Assembly (NCBI RefSeq): GCF_009914755.1
Contig: NC_060935.1
From: the human T2T-CHM13v2.0 reference genome, Homo sapiens
Reading direction: 5' to 3' (one strand)
Length of the DNA stretch: 64,000 nucleotides
The position numbers and the translations under genes were made by a program. Position 1 is the stretch's first letter. Every line of letters begins with the position of its first letter. Below, piece by piece: positions 39,434 to 60,461 of this stretch. Under the pieces are notes generated by a model that was given only the letters and a program-made list of their open reading frames with translations, did not search any database and was not told the DNA's origin.

Positions 39434-42400
39434 TGTTGGCAGTAATTGCCAATCTAATTTGACTGCATTAGAATACATGGACAGAGAAACACCTTGTATC
39501 AGGCTCTTTTCCACAGAAAATTTCTTCTTTTCTAATTCCCTTCTGTTTAGACAATGGATAGGACCAGCTAATCCTCCACATTGCTGGAAAAGTTTTCCAT
39601 CATCCCTCTGCCTCTGATAAATATCATAACAATATATCTGTCTATCCATATACCTTAGTCTATCCATCCGTTCATCTAATCATCTATCTTCTTGTCAAAT
39701 GTTTCACTTTTCTAGGTATAATATTGGAATATAGGACTTGCGGCCTCAGGCTTTGAAAGCTTACAGTATTATCTTCTTATCCAACTGCATCCAGGCCCAG
39801 TAACTTCAGAGGAGTTGAAAGCCCTGCTTGTAAGTCAAAGTTAAGGGTTTAAAGACAATGGTAACTGCCTGATTTCAGATTTTCCCCATATCTTCCCCAC
39901 AAAATTCATAACATGAATGAAAAGAATATACTTTTACCATTACCAAAATATTTTTTTAAAAACAGCACCACCTTTAAGTTAACTGTAAGTAGATTAAAAA
40001 ATCTTAATAGAGCTTCTGCCTATTGCTGCAAACCTGGAGAATGGGGTAGAGAAGGGTTAAGGGAATGTATGAAGAAAGGAGGTGTGCAGAAGACATAGAA
40101 AAAATGACGAAAAATCAAGTAATAAAGTGAAAGTCTAATATGAGGTTGTAATAGGAATTTTTTTAACAGTAGAATGAATTAAGGATCTTACAGAAACAAG
40201 GAAGAAATAAGACATAGCACCTGCCCTCCGCCCTGCCCTGCACCTGTTCCACCAACCCCATCCATGAAAGAAACTGCACAAAAAACAGCACAAGTGAATA
40301 GAGGGGATTCTTGAACGAAAAACTTGTTCAAAAATGAATAGGAATAGCAGAAAATCTGACCATATACAGAAATAAAAACAGAACATATGAATAAGAGTGT
40401 ATTAGCTGGTGAAATATCTTCCTCCCTCCACTCCCCCAAAACAATCTTGAATCTCAAAAATCTACAGCACTATGCTCAAAAATAAATTAAAAATCCTCAA
40501 ACCAGCATTTGGGAATGTGAAGACAAACTTTCAGTCAGAAATACACTGACAACACCAAATGCTGGCAAGAATGTGGAGCAACAAAAAGTCTCACTCATTG
40601 CTATTTGGAATGCAAAATAGTACGGCCACTTTGAAAGACAGTTTGGCAGTTTCCTCCAAAGCTAAACATAGTCTTACCATACGAGTCAGCAGCTGCATGC
40701 CTAGGTATTTACCTAAATAAATTGAAAACTTATGTCCACACAAAAACCTGAACAAGAATGTTTATAGAAGTTTTATTTATAATTGTCAAAAATGGGAAGT
40801 AATCAATATGCCCTTCAATCTCACTTGTAGGTATTTACCCAACTAATTTAAAAACTTATGTCCTCACAGAAACCTGCATGTGGATGTTTATAGCAACTTT
40901 ATTCAAAATTGCCAAAACTGGAAGCAACCAAGATGTCCTTCTAAAGGATAATTAACAAACTGTGGTATATCCATGCAATATAATATGATTCATTGATTTT
41001 AAAAATGAACTATCAAGCTACAAAGACATTGATAAACATTCACATTTCTTAAAGAAAGAAGCTAGTGTGAAAATGCTATATATCTTATAATTCCAATATA
41101 ATTTATGACATTCTGAATAAGACAAAACTATGAAGAAAGTAAGATTAGTAACTTTCAGGGATCTGAGGAAAGGAAGAAAGGAATATTTAGTAAATCAAAC
41201 AGAGGGGACATTTATTGACAAATAAACTATTCTATATGATACTGCAATGCTAGATACATGACATTATGCATTTGTCAAAACCCATAGAATTTTATGGCAC
41301 AAAGATTAAACTTTAATGTATGTAAATTAAGTGAAAATCATTTAGGAGAACCAGAGATCACAGGATGAAATGCAGCGTGTGGCAAAAGAATCTAATGATA
41401 TTACAAATATATGAAACAAACTTGTTGAGGGGGTAGATGGAGAAAGTGCCAACCAAACTAACTTTGGAAACAAGTGGAGCTTGTAATACTAAAGATTAAA
41501 AAAAATGCACATAAGCACTGTTTCCAAGTGGAAAAGTTGCCTCCCATGAGAATACGCTAGCAGTATTGACACTACTGTGCATGTATACTGAAATTGAACA
41601 ATTAAGTAAATAGATGGTGAATTAAAAAATTCAGGTTTCTTATTGTTGAATGAAAGCTTATACACAAGGAGAGCAAGCTAGAATGATTCATGTGGCCATG
41701 GATTAGAGCAGTAAACTTCAGTAGGAACTCATGTTTAGCTTAAATATGGTGAATAATGAAGATTGAATATGAAAATATTTTTTAGATATGTGTATATTCA
41801 AATATATTTCCTTTCACTGTCAGCTGAAGTGGCCTTGATTCAGTGATACTGAATCACAACAACATACCTAGCAATTAGATCATGTTTTCTAATACCATTC
41901 TCCAATTAAAGGAACCAGAGCTCCCTGGGAAACTCATTTATTTATTCAAGGAATAGGACACAAAATACATAGGATGAACCTGGGGTATCTTGTAGTTTTA
42001 ATACGTATTAATAAATGCTAAAAATAAAAACAAAAACCTCATCTATGTATTTAATTTTTAATTGACAAAAATTACATAAATATTTATGGTATACAACAAA
42101 ATGTTTTGATATATGTTTACATTGCAGAATGGCTAAATCAAGCTAATTAACATACACGTTACTAACATATGGTTGTGTGTGTGTGGTGAGAACACTTAAA
42201 ATCTATTCTCTGAGCAATTTTCAAGTACACAATATATTGTTATAAACTGTAGTCATCATGATGTACAATAGATCTCTTGAAATTATTCCTGCGTAACTGA
42301 AATTTTGTGTTCTTTGACCAAATCTCCCACATACTTTCACCACCGCCACCACCACTCTGATAACCACCATTTTGCTCTGTTTCTTTGATTTGACTTTTTT

Positions 42401-43662
42401 AGACTCCACATATATATGAGATCGATGAAGCTTTTGTCTTTCTGTGCTTAGCTTATTTCACTCAATGTAATGTCCTCCAGGTTCATCCATGTTATTGCAA
42501 ATGATGAGACTTCCTTGACTTTTTGAGACTGAATAATATTTCATTGTGTATATATAACACACTTTCTTTACCCATTCATCTGACAATGGACACTTAAATT
42601 GATTCCATATCTTGACTACTGTGAATAATGTTGCAATGAACATAGGAAGGCAGGTATCTCTTTGATATATTGATTTTATATCATTTGGATATATACCTGG
42701 GTATATATATAGTAGGATTGCTGGATCATATAATAGTTCTATTTTTAATTTTTTTAAACCTGCATAATGTTCCCCATATGGCTGTACTAAGTTACATTCC
42801 CACCAACAGTATACCAGTGTTCCCTTTTCTCTAAGTCTTCACCAACACTTCTTATCCTTTGTCTTTTTGATAACATTCATTCTAAGAAATGTGAGGCAAT
42901 ATCTCAATGTGGCTTTAATTTGCATTTCCCTGGTGATTAATGATGTTGAGCATTTTTTGGTATATCTGTTGGCCATTTGTATGTCTTCTTTTGTGAAATG
43001 TCTATCCAGGTCCTTTGCCCATTTTTTAAATCAAGCTGTGTTTTCTTACTACTGAGTTGTTTGAGTTCCACGTATATAATAGGTATTAACATCTCATCAA
43101 ATATATGGTTTGCAAACATTTTCTTCCACTCCGTAAGGTGCTTCTTTACTCTGTCGATTGTTTCCTTTATTGAGCAGAAGTGTTTTGTTTGATGTAATCC
43201 CATTTGCCTAATTTTAATTTTGTTGCCAGTGCTTATGGGGTCATACCTAAGAAATCATTGCCCAGAACAATGAACATATTTCTCTATGTTTTCTTTCTAG
43301 TATTTTTACAATTCTAGGACTTATATTTAAGTTTTTGCTCCATTTTGAGTTTTTTTGTATATGGTGTGAGACGAAGTTCTAATTTCATTTTTCTATATGT
43401 GAATCTCAAGTTTTCCCAGGACCATTTATTGAAAATTTCCCTTTCCTGAAAGTGTGTCATTGGAATCTTTGTCAAAAATCAATTGATTGTAAATGTGTAG
43501 ATTTATTTTTGGGCTCTCTATTCTCTTTAGTTGAGCGATGTGCCTTTTATGCTAGAATGATACTATTTTCATTAATTTCACTTTGAAGTAGGTTTGCATA
43601 TCAGGCAGTGTGATGTCTCCAGCTTTGTTCATTTTGCTCAAGATTGCTTTTGCTGTACAAGG

Positions 43663-45870
<2,208 letters not shown>

Positions 45871-48800
45871 TAATGTATTTTGCAGCTCCATACAAATAAT
45901 AGAATTTTTTTTTCCATTAACAATTGTTTTCTCTACTGTTTTCAATTTAATTTTTAATTTTATTTTCAATTTTATTGAATCTGTAAATCTCTTTGTGCAG
46001 TATGAATATTTTAGAAATTAAACTCCTTGGTTAAATTTTTTCCTATTTTATATTTTGTAGCTATTATAAGTGGAATGGCTTTCTTGATTTTTTTTCAGAT
46101 AGTTCATTGTTACTGTGTGGAAATGTTCCTGATTTTTAAATGTTGATTTTGTACTCTGCAGTTTTCCTGAATTTGTTTATTATTCTATTTTTTTTTTAGG
46201 TTGAGTCTTTAGGTTTTCTGTATAGATTATGTTGTCTGCAAACAGACAATTTAACTTCTTCCTTTCCAGTGTTAATGCCTTTTACATCTTTATCTTACCT
46301 ATTTGTTCTGCCTAGGACTTCCAGTACTATGTTGAATAGAAGCAGCAAAAATTGGCATCCTTTTCTTCTTCTTGATCTTAGAGGAAAAGCATTTAACTTT
46401 TTGCTGGAGTATGATGTCAGCTCTGGCCTTGTCATATGTGAACTTTATTATGTTGCAATACATTTAATCTATACATAATTTACCAATAATTTTTAAATAA
46501 AAGGATATTGAATGCCTTTTCTGCATCTATTGAGAAGTTCATTCTGTTGATATGGTATATCACATTTTTGATTTATGTTAAATCACCCCTGAATCCCACC
46601 TGATCACGGTGATTGACCTTTTAATATGCTGTTGAGGTCAGTTTGCTAGTATTTTGTTGAGGATTTTTGCACTTATATTCATCAGGGATATTGACATATA
46701 ATGTTCTTTTCTTATAGAGTCCTGCCTGGCTTTGGTATCAGGGTAATACTGGCTGTCTAAAATGAATTTGAAAGTATTCCCTCCTCTTCAGCGTGTTGGA
46801 AGAATTTTAAAAGAATTGGCATTATTTCTTATTAAAATATTTGGTAGAACTCAGCAGTGAAGCCATCAGGTTTTAGGCTTTTCTTTAATGAGAGAATTTT
46901 TTTATTACTAATTCAGTCTCCTTACTTATTGTTTGTCTGCTCAGATTTTCTATTTTTTCATGATTTAGTCTTGGTGGGTTGCATGTGTCTGAGAATTTAT
47001 CTATTTCTTATAGGTTATTTGATTTGTTGGCACATAATTGTTCATATTAGTTTCTTACAGTCCTTTGTATTTCCATGGTATCAACTGCAATCTCTTTCAT
47101 TTCTGATTTTATTTATGTCTTTTCTCCTTTTTCTCTTAGTCTATCTAAAGTTTGATTTCTTATATTTTTAAAAAGCCACTCTTCCTTTTGTTGATCTTTT
47201 CTATTTTTATAGGTTCCACTTCATTTATTTATGCTCTGATTTTCATTATTTCCTTTCTTGTACTAACTTTGGACTTTTTGTTTGGGATTTTTCTCCTTTT
47301 TTAATGTAGGCATTTGTTGGTATAAACTTCCCTCTTAGAACTGCTTTTCCTACAACACATAAGTTTTAGAATGCTGCATTTCTATTTTCATTTGTCCCAA
47401 AATATGTTCTAATTTCCCTTTTAATTTCATCTTTCATTCACTTGTTGTTTAAGAGATATTGTTTAATTTCCACATACTTGAGAATTTTTATAAATTGCTG
47501 CTATTATTGATTTATAGTTTTATACCTTATGGTCAGAAAGGATACTTCATATAATTTCAGTCTTAAATTTGTTCAGATGTGTTTTGGGGCCTAAGATGTG
47601 ATCTAGATTAGAGTATGTTTCATATGTGCTTGAGAACAATGTGTGTTCTGTTCTGTTGGGTGCGATATGTCAGTTACATTCTTTTGGTTTAAAGTATAGT
47701 TCCAATGCTATGCTTTCTTATTGGTTTTATTTCTAGGTGGTGTGTCCTTTGTTATAGGGTATTTAAGTTGCTACTTTTATTGTATTGCAGTCTATCTCTC
47801 TCTACAAAACTATTCGTATTTTTTTTTATATATTTAGGTGATCAGAGTTCGTTGTGTGTATACTTACAATTGCTTTATCTCCTTAATGAATCAATTCATT
47901 TATCATCATATAAAGACCTTCATTGTTTTATTATACAGTTTGAGTTAAAGTGCATTTTATTTGATATAAATATCCACTATCCCTGATCTCTTTGGTTTTC
48001 ATTTTCAGCCTGGTATATCTCTTTTCATCCTTACATTATCAATCGCTGTATGTCCTTAAATGTGAAGTTAATCTCTTTTAGGCAGCATATAGTAGGGAAT
48101 TTTAAAAAATTCATTCAGCCACTCTATGTCTTCTGATTGAAGAATTTAATTAATTTACATTCAAAATAATTATTGGTACATGAGGATTTACTACTACCAT
48201 TTTATTAAGTTTTAAATTGTTTTACAGATCTATTTTATGTTTTTTTCTTTCTTGCTGTCTTCCTTTGTTACTAGATAATTTTCTCTCCTGAGATGCTTTA
48301 GTTCCTTACTTTTTATCTTTTATGTGCCTACTATAGGGTTTTGCCTTGTGGCCACATAAAATATAAGACATCTTACATAAAACATTTAGTTATAATAGAC
48401 TACCTTAAGCTGATAATATCTTGATCACATTTTTAAAACTCCTTTTCTCTACTATGCACATTTTATGTTTTAGATGATGCAATTTACATATTTTACACTG
48501 TGTAATTTTTAACAAACTATTGTAGCTATTATTATTTTTAATAATTTTGTCTTTTATTCTTTATACTAAAGATATAAGTGATTTATATGCCACCATGACA
48601 GTATTACTTACTTTTCAAAATGTGACTGTTTACTTACTTTTACCATTGAATGTTATAGTTTTTGTTATCATGTTGCTAATTAGCATCTTTTTCTTTCAGC
48701 TTATTAAAATACTCTTAGTATTTCTTCAAAGACAAGTCTGGTAATGATAAACTCTCTGTTTTTTTTCTGGTAAAATCTTTATGTCTCCATTTCTGAAGGA

Positions 48801-49055
48801 CAGCTATGCTGGGTATTTTGAGTACAGCTTTTGTCTTCAGCGCTTTGACTATATCATCCCACTCTCTCCTGGTCTATAAGGTTTTTGCTGAGAAATTCAT
48901 TGCTAGCCTTGTTGAAATTCCCTTATATGTCATTTGCTTTGTTGTTTTCAGGATGCTCTATTTTTGTTTTGTTAGTTTGATTTTAATATGTCTTATTGTA
49001 ATCTTGGTTAAATTGAATCTTATTGGTGATATTTGATTTTCTTGTGCTTGGATAT

Positions 49056-49427
49056 TGAATGGTTAGGCTTTGTGTCCCCATCTAAATCTTATCTTAAATT
49101 AAAATCCTCATAATCCCCACATGTCAAGGGAGAGACCAGGTGGAGGCAATTGGATCATGGGGGTGGTTTCCCCACTGCTATTCTCATGATAGTGAGTGAG
49201 TTCTCACAAGATCTGATGGTTTTATAAGTTTGGTAGTCCCTCCTGCTTCCATTCTTCCTGATGCCTTGTAAAGAAGGTACCTTGCTCCCCCTTCACCTTC
49301 CACCATGATTGTAAGTTTCCTGAGGCCTCCCCAGCCATGCTGAACTGTGAGTCAATTAAACCACTGTCATTAATAAATTACCCAGTCTTGGGCATTTTTT
49401 TATACAGTGTGAAAACGGACTAATATG
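49056..49427 (+). mobile_element. THE1D solo LTR
   Basis: ATGGTTAGGCTTTGTGTCCCC...TGTCAAGGGAGAGACCAGGTGGAGG...AAAACGGACTAATA; exact TSD GATAT at 49051-49055 and 49428-49432. Confidence 0.9.
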
Positions 49428-51527
49428 GATATTTATATCATTCCCTAGATTTGGAAAGCTTTCTGCTATTATTTTTTAAAATACACTTTCTACCCCTTTG
49501 TGTCTCTCCTCTCCTCTTGAACTTCTATAATTTAAAAGTTAGCATTTTTGATGTTATCTGTCCCATAAATCCTATAAGCTTTATTCACTCTTTTAAATTT
49601 TTTTCTCCTCTGACTGTATATTTTCAAATAACATGTATTTGAGTTCACAGATTATTTCTTCTGCTCAATAAATTTTGCTGTTGACACTCTCTATTACATA
49701 TTTCATTTAATTCATTGTATCTCTTAGCTCCAGAATTTGATTTTTTAAAATATAATTTTAATCTTGGCATTAAATTTCTAGTTTATTTATTGTTTTCCTA
49801 ATTTCATTGAATTGTTCCTCTATATTTTCTTAAAGTTTCCTGAGCTTCCTTAAGCAATTATTTTGAATTTTTCCAGACAGTTTGTGTATCTCTATTTCTT
49901 TGGGCTCAGCTACTGGGAAAATATTTTGTTCTTTTGATAGTGTTACATCTCTTTGGTGTTCATGTTTCTCACTGTCTTTATTGGTGTGTTAGCATTTTGT
50001 GAAGCAGTTATCTCTTCCAGACTCTACAGACTATTTTCATTGTGGAATAACTTTACCCTGTGAGTGGTGGGAGAGTAAGAGGGCATTTGTTAGGCTGGAT
50101 GCAGTAGTTCTAGCACCAACGAGGACACAGCTGTATAGTCTTTGCAGTTCTGTCAGGTAAGGTCAGTGTTCACAAATATTTCAGGGATCCTCAGCCACCA
50201 ATGCTGTGGATGTTCACAGTGAGGGTGAGTGTTGAGGTCTTCAGTGACAATCCTGCTAAGCTTCTCCCAATTTCTTTTTCTTCCACTTGGAAACCTATGA
50301 CCAAGGGGATTGCTCTTGGCACTGGATTGGGCTTGTAGGCTTACTTGTAGTGGCGGTATCTGATTGCCTGATGAAGAATAATGCCCCTAGAGATGCAACA
50401 CAGCTGATGTCTGAAGCACAGGCATGCCTGGAGAGTCTACAGTTTTGTGGTCTGGGGTGGTAATAACACTGGTGCCTTAGAAGCAGGACCCTGTGGCTGC
50501 ATTGGAAATAGTATGTGAGGCATGAATGTTAGTGAAGCAGCCAGGGAGCCAAGAATGGGAGCATGGGTGTGTGCAGAGCTATAGTGTTTCCAGAATCAAA
50601 CTCATTGTTTAGCCGAGCCACCGTCTAGATCACAGACACATCCAGTGAAAGCTTGGCCTCAGGATTTGGAATGCAAACTACCTTGCAATGATGATGGCTC
50701 TGGTGTCTGGGAAGTGAATGGTCTGAGTGCAGCCATGGGGCCTAGGTTTGGATTGTAGCATTAACAGGCTGACTGTGGCTCCAGTGTTAGGGCATGTATA
50801 GGTTGGAAGAGATAGTGGCTCCTTTCTCATAGTGGCTCAATCTCAGCCACTTCTTCGGTGTAGGAAAGATGTGCAACCACATCATCCTCTTGGGAGTTCC
50901 TCAGTGTGAATGGCTGTTGGACACATCAGTGATAAAAGATGCCAGTGTCTTCTGTGGAGAGGCCACTGGGGACCACAGTGGTTCCTTCTATGTGGCTGAT
51001 GCTAATAGACTCTCACTTTCTTCTTCATTCCTAGTCATTTTTGGCATCTCTTATCAATGATCATTTCTATGTTGATATTCTCCATGTTTTATTTTTCCTA
51101 CACTCTTTTGCTAAAGATTCTTTAATGAGCTTGTGAGCCCTTTCTGGGCTATTTTTGTTTATGGATAGCTGTCTGTATTTGTGTTTTGTTTGTGAGAGCA
51201 TAAAGGCTAGTATCTCCTATTCTGCTCTCTTCATGATGCTACTATCTGAACTGATCCCAAGCCTGTTTTGCTGGAGGTAATTTCAAGAGACACAAGAGCC
51301 AATTTAAAGAGCTACCAATGGTCACAGCTAGAAAAATTTGACCAAAAAAATAAAAAAGCAATGGATTATAACCCATAGTATAAAATAAAAATCCATGAGC
51401 CCATACTAATATAAGCAAATAATTGCATAATTAATAAATAAAAGAGACAAATTTCCTCTGCAGAAAAATACCAAATAATTTGTATACTTACTCTACCCTC
51501 AAGAATTAAGATCAAATCCTGAACTCC

Positions 51528-51829
51528 TTTTTTATTTCTTTTTTTCTGAGATAATGTCTCAGTCTGTCACCCAAGCTGAAATGCAATGGCATGATTTTGG
51601 CTTACTGCAACCTAGTATCCCAAGATCAAATGATCCTCCTGCCTCAGACTCTCAAGTAGGTGGGACCACAGGTATGTGCCACCACAGCTGGCTAATTTTT
51701 GTATATTTTGTAAAGACAGGTTTTTGCCATATTGCACAGGCTGGTATTGAACTCCTAGACTCAAGCAATCCATCCATCTCGGCCTCCCAAAGTGCTGCGA
51801 TTACAGGCGTTAAACTACTGCACCCCGCC
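51528..51829 (-). mobile_element. AluJ
   Basis: Diverged dimer with J-type GATCCTCCTGCCTCAG and CTCAAGCAATCC; TSD-like AAATCCTGAACT / AAACCCTGAACT. Confidence 0.88.
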
Positions 51830-52009
51830 CTAAAACCCTGAACTTGTTAAGAATGAGAAACACATAATGAATTCCATCCAAAGACTATGGTATAGAAGGG
51901 GAAAAAGAGTAACCTCACAATGGAGGAATCTGACAAATGCTGTCTGTTTTTGAGGTAATCATCAGCTGTGACAAAACATGTTGATAATATATATTTTCTT
52001 TTTTTCATT

Positions 52010-52800
52010 TAAAATTTTTATTTTATTTTATTTTATTGATTGATTTTTTTAATTATTATACTTTAAGTTCTAGGGTACATGTGCACAACGTGCAGGTTTG
52101 TTACATATGTATACATCTGCCAGGTTGGTCTGCTGCACCCATTAACTCGTCATTTACATTAGGTATATCTCCTAATGCTATCCCTCCCCCTTTCCCCCAC
52201 CCCACGACAGGCCCCAGAGTGTGATGTTCCCCTTCATGTGTCCAAGTGTTCTCATTGTTCAATTCCCACCTATGAGTGAGAACATGTGGTGTTTGGTTTT
52301 CTGTCCTTGCAATAGTTTGCTCAGAATGATGGTTTCCAGCTTCATCCATGTCCCTACAAAGGACATTAACTCATCCTTCTTTATGGCTGCATAGTATTCC
52401 ATGGTATATATGTGCCACATTTTCTTAATCCAGTCCATCATTGATGGACATTTGGGTTGGTTCCAAGTCTTTGCTATTGTGAATAGTGCCACAATAAACA
52501 TATGTGTGCATGTGTCTTTATAGTACCATGATTTATAATCCTTTGGGTATATACCCAGTAATGGGATGGCTGGGTCAAATGGTATTTCTAGCTCTAAATT
52601 CTTGAGGAATCCACAATGGTTGAACTAGTTTACAGTCCCACAAACAGTGTAAAAGTGTTCCTATTTCTCCACATCCTCTCCAGCACCTGTTGTTTCCTGA
52701 CTTTTTAATGATCGCCATTCTAACTGATGTGAGATAGTATCTCATTGTGGTTTTGATTTGCATTTTTCTGAAGGCCAGTGATGATGAGCATTTTTTAATG
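52010..52800 (-). mobile_element. L1PA5-like 3' fragment (~0.8 kb)
   Basis: ATTATACTTTAAGTTCTAGGGTACATGTGCACAACGTGCAGG; ORF2 C-terminus ORFs at 52259-52501 and 52575-52763. Confidence 0.92.
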
Positions 52801-54582
52801 TTATGCCATCATAAAAATGGTACTTTACCTCCCAGGTCTTCTTCCCAAAAACCCAGAATTTTCATCTGACCATGAAGAAAATACCAGGCAAATTCCAATA
52901 GAAGGTAATTCTACAAAATACATAAAAAGCACTTCTTAAAACTGTCATCATCAAAAATAAGAAAAATCTGAGAAACTCTCACCACCTAGGACACACAACA
53001 ACTAAATGTAATGCGGTATCCTGGATAGTGTGCTATAACAGAAAAATGATTTCAGGAAAAACTAAGAAAATCTAACTAAAGTATAAGCGTAGTTAATAAT
53101 AATATGTGTGTCAATATTGGTTTATTAATTCTAGCAAATTTACCATACTAATGTAAGATGGAAATAATGTTTAAAATTGGATGTGTAATATATCAGATCT
53201 CTGTAAAATCTTTTTCATTTTCCTGTAATTTAAAACTATTTTTTAAAAGAAGTCAAATTTAAATAATGGAAAATATTTACTGAAGATAATTGAAGCAAAA
53301 CATACAAATAACCAAGGGAATGAAAATTAGGTGAAGATATAAAAAATGTTAAGTATAAGGTGGTTAGAATAAAAAGCAAGCAAAGAAAATCCAACTTATA
53401 TGCAATTGCTGATATGAAGACAAAAATCATAACAATGAAACAAATAATATTTAAAACTGTAATCCAAGGAAACGTTTTTGAAAATAAAAGAAGACCCAAA
53501 TTTACCCATTAAAAAAGGTTTACAACATACTGGGTAAAACTAACGCAGAATGGAAGATAGAGGTTCCAAGATGGCTGAATAGGAACAGCTCCAGTCTACA
53601 GCTCCCAGCGTGAGTGATGCAGAAGACAGGTGATTTCTGCATTTCCAATTGAGGTAACAGGTTCATCTCACTGGGGCTTGTCAGAGAGTGGGTGCAGGAC
53701 AGTGGGTGCAGCCCACTGAGCGTGAGCCGAAGCAAGGTGAGGCATTGCTTCACCCAGGAAGCGCAAGGGGTCAGGGAATTCCCTTTCCTAGCCAAAGGAA
53801 GCTGTAACAGGTGGCACCTGGAAAATTGGGTCACTCCCACCCTAATACTGTGCTTTTCCAATGGTCTTAGCAAACGGCACACCAGGAGATTATATCCTGC
53901 GCCTAGCTCTGAGGGTCCCACGCCCACACAGCCTTGCTCGTTGCTAGCACAGCAGTCTGAGATAGAACTGCAAGGCAGCAGCAAGGCTGGGGGAGGGGCG
54001 CCCACCATTGCTGAGGCTTCAGTAGGTAAACAAAGCAGCCTGGAAACTCCAACTGGGTGGAGCCCACCACAGCTCACGGAGGCCTGCCTGCCTCTGTAGA
54101 CTCCACCTCTGGGGGCAGGGCATAGCTGAACAAAAGGCAGCAGAAACTTCTGCAGACTTAAATGTCCCTTTGTGACAGCTTTGAAGAGAGTGGTGGTTCT
54201 CCCAGTAGAGAGTTTGAGATCTGAGAACGGACAGACTGGCTCCTCAAGTGGGTCCCTGACCCCCGAGTAGCCTAACTGGGAGGCATCTCCCAGTAGGGGC
54301 CAACTGACACCTCACATGGCTGGGTGCCCCTCTGAGACGAAGCTTCCAGAGGAACGATCGGCAGCAACATTTGCTTTTCTGCAATATTCGCTGTTCTGCA
54401 GCCTCACCTGGGGATACCCAGGCAAACAGGGTCTGGAGTGGACCTCCAGCAAACTCCACCAGACCTGCAGCTGAGGGTCCTAACTATTAGAAGGAAAACT
54501 AACAAACAGAAAGGACATCCACACCAAAATCCCGTCTATACATCACCATCATCAAAGACCAAAGGTATATAAAACCACAAAG

Positions 54583-55595
54583 ATGGGGAGAAACCAGAGC
54601 AGAAAAGCTGAAAATTCTAAAAATCAGAGCACCTCTTCTCCTCCAAAGGAACACAGCTCCTCACCAGAAACGGAACAAAGCTGGAAGGAGAATGACTTTG
54701 ATGGGTTGATAGAAGAAGGCTTCAGATGATCAAACTTCTCCGAGCTAAAGGAGGATGTTCGAAGCCATGGCAAAGAAGCTAAAAACCTTGAAAAAAGATC
54801 AGACAAATGGCTAACTAGAATAACCAGTGTAGAGAAGACCTTAAATGACCTGATGGAGCTGAAAACCATGGCACGAGAACTACGTGATGAATGCACAAGC
54901 TTCAGTAGCTGATTCGATCAAGTGGAATAAAGGGTATCAGTGATGGAATATCAAATGAATGAAATGAAGTGAGAAGTTTAGAGAAAAAAGGGTAAAAAGA
55001 AACGAACAAAGCCTCCACGAAATACGGGACTATGTGAAAAGACCAAATCTATGTCTGATTGGTGTACCTGAAACTGACGGGGAGAATGGAACCAAGCGGG
55101 AAAACACTCTTCAGGATATTATCCAGGAGAACTTTCCCAATCTAGCAAGGCAGGCCAACATTCAGATTCAGGAAATACAGAGAATGCCACAAAGATATTC
55201 CTTGAGAAGAGAAACTCCAAGACACATAATTGTCAGATTCACCAAAGTTCAAATGAAACAAAAAATGTTAAGGGCTGCCAGAGAGAAAAGTTGGGTTACC
55301 AACAAAGGGAAGCCCATCAGACTAACAGTGGCTCTCTTGGCAGAAACTCTACAAGCCAGAAGAGAATGGGGGCCAATATTCAACATTCTTAAAGAAAAGA
55401 ATTTTTCAACCCAGAATTTCATATCCAGCCAAACTATGCTTCACAAGTGAAGGAGAAATAAAATCCTTTACAGACAAGCAAATGCTGAGAGACTTTGTCA
55501 CCACCAGGACTGCCTTACAACAGCTCCTGAAGGAAGCAATAAACATGGAAAGGAACAACCGGTACCAGCCACTGCAAAAACATGCCAAATTGTAA
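54583..55595 (+). pseudogene. L1 ORF1p, disrupted
   Basis: ATGGGGAGAAACCAGAGC...GCCAAATTGTAA; the NLCLIGVPE...ENFPNLARQANIQIQEIQR fragment survives; several stops and frameshifts. Confidence 0.9.
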
Positions 55596-55658
55596 AGACC
55601 ACCGATGCTAGGAAGAAACTACATCAACTAATGAGCAAAATAACCAGCTAACATCATA

Positions 55659-59482
<3,824 letters not shown>

Positions 59483-60264
59483 ACAATGAAAACACTTGGA
59501 CACAGGAAGGGGAACATCACACACCAGGGCCTGTCGTGGGGTGGGGGGATGGGGGAGGGATAGCATTAGGAGATATACCTAATGTAATTGATGAGTTATT
59601 GGGTGCAGCACACCAACATGGCACATGGATACATGTGTAACAAACCTGCACGTTGTACACATGTTCCCTAGAACTTAAAGTACAATAATAATGATAAAAA
59701 TGAAAGTACACCAAAAAAAATGACCCAGAATGATTAATTTTGAAACATAACCTAGTAAAACTGTTAGATTTTAAAGGTAGAAAAGAAAGTCCTCATGTAA
59801 GTAAGAAAAAAATAAATAAAATAACAAGGCAACAGAATTGTATAAATAACAGACTTTTTAGAAAAGCAACATATAAAGCAAGGCACTTTGCAATTTTAAA
59901 AAGTGCAAAGCAAGGATATTAAGCTAATCTGTGTTTCAAATAACAATACTATAGGAAACAATTTAGAAGGTGAAATTAAAGCTAAAGGGAAAATCTGCTT
60001 TCATATCTAAGATTATTGCTCATAAGTTTCTCTAAAATTTATTATTAATCTGGTTACTCAATAAATATTTTCATCCCAAGAAAGCACTGAAGTTACTGAA
60101 ACTTTCTACAATTAGACTGTAAGCAAAATGCAATAATTCAGAATCTATGCTTGTATATGGAGGCAGAAAACATGCCCTTTTATATGAGGAGAGAATCATA
60201 GACATACTCTATTAGGCAAAATTGGAGCTGACATGAATTTACTAAAGTATTTCTGCTTGGAAGA

Positions 60265-60460
60265 AAGTATTGCAGCTTGGTTAAGCGGATGAGCTTTGGA
60301 GTAAAATCAACAGCAACAACAACAGACAAATACGCCTCAGTTTTTGTGCTTGTTCTGATGTTTATTAAATGTGTGACCTCAAAAAAGTTACTTAACAGTT
60401 CTGTACTACATTTTCCTCACCTATATAATGGGGATGACAGTTTGGATACAAAATTAAATA
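60265..60460 (+). mobile_element. MIR fragment
   Basis: TGGTTAAGCGGATGAGCTTTGGAGT...TGTGTGACCTC...TTTTCCTCACCTATATAATGGGGATGA. Confidence 0.65.
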
Positions 60461-60461
60461 T

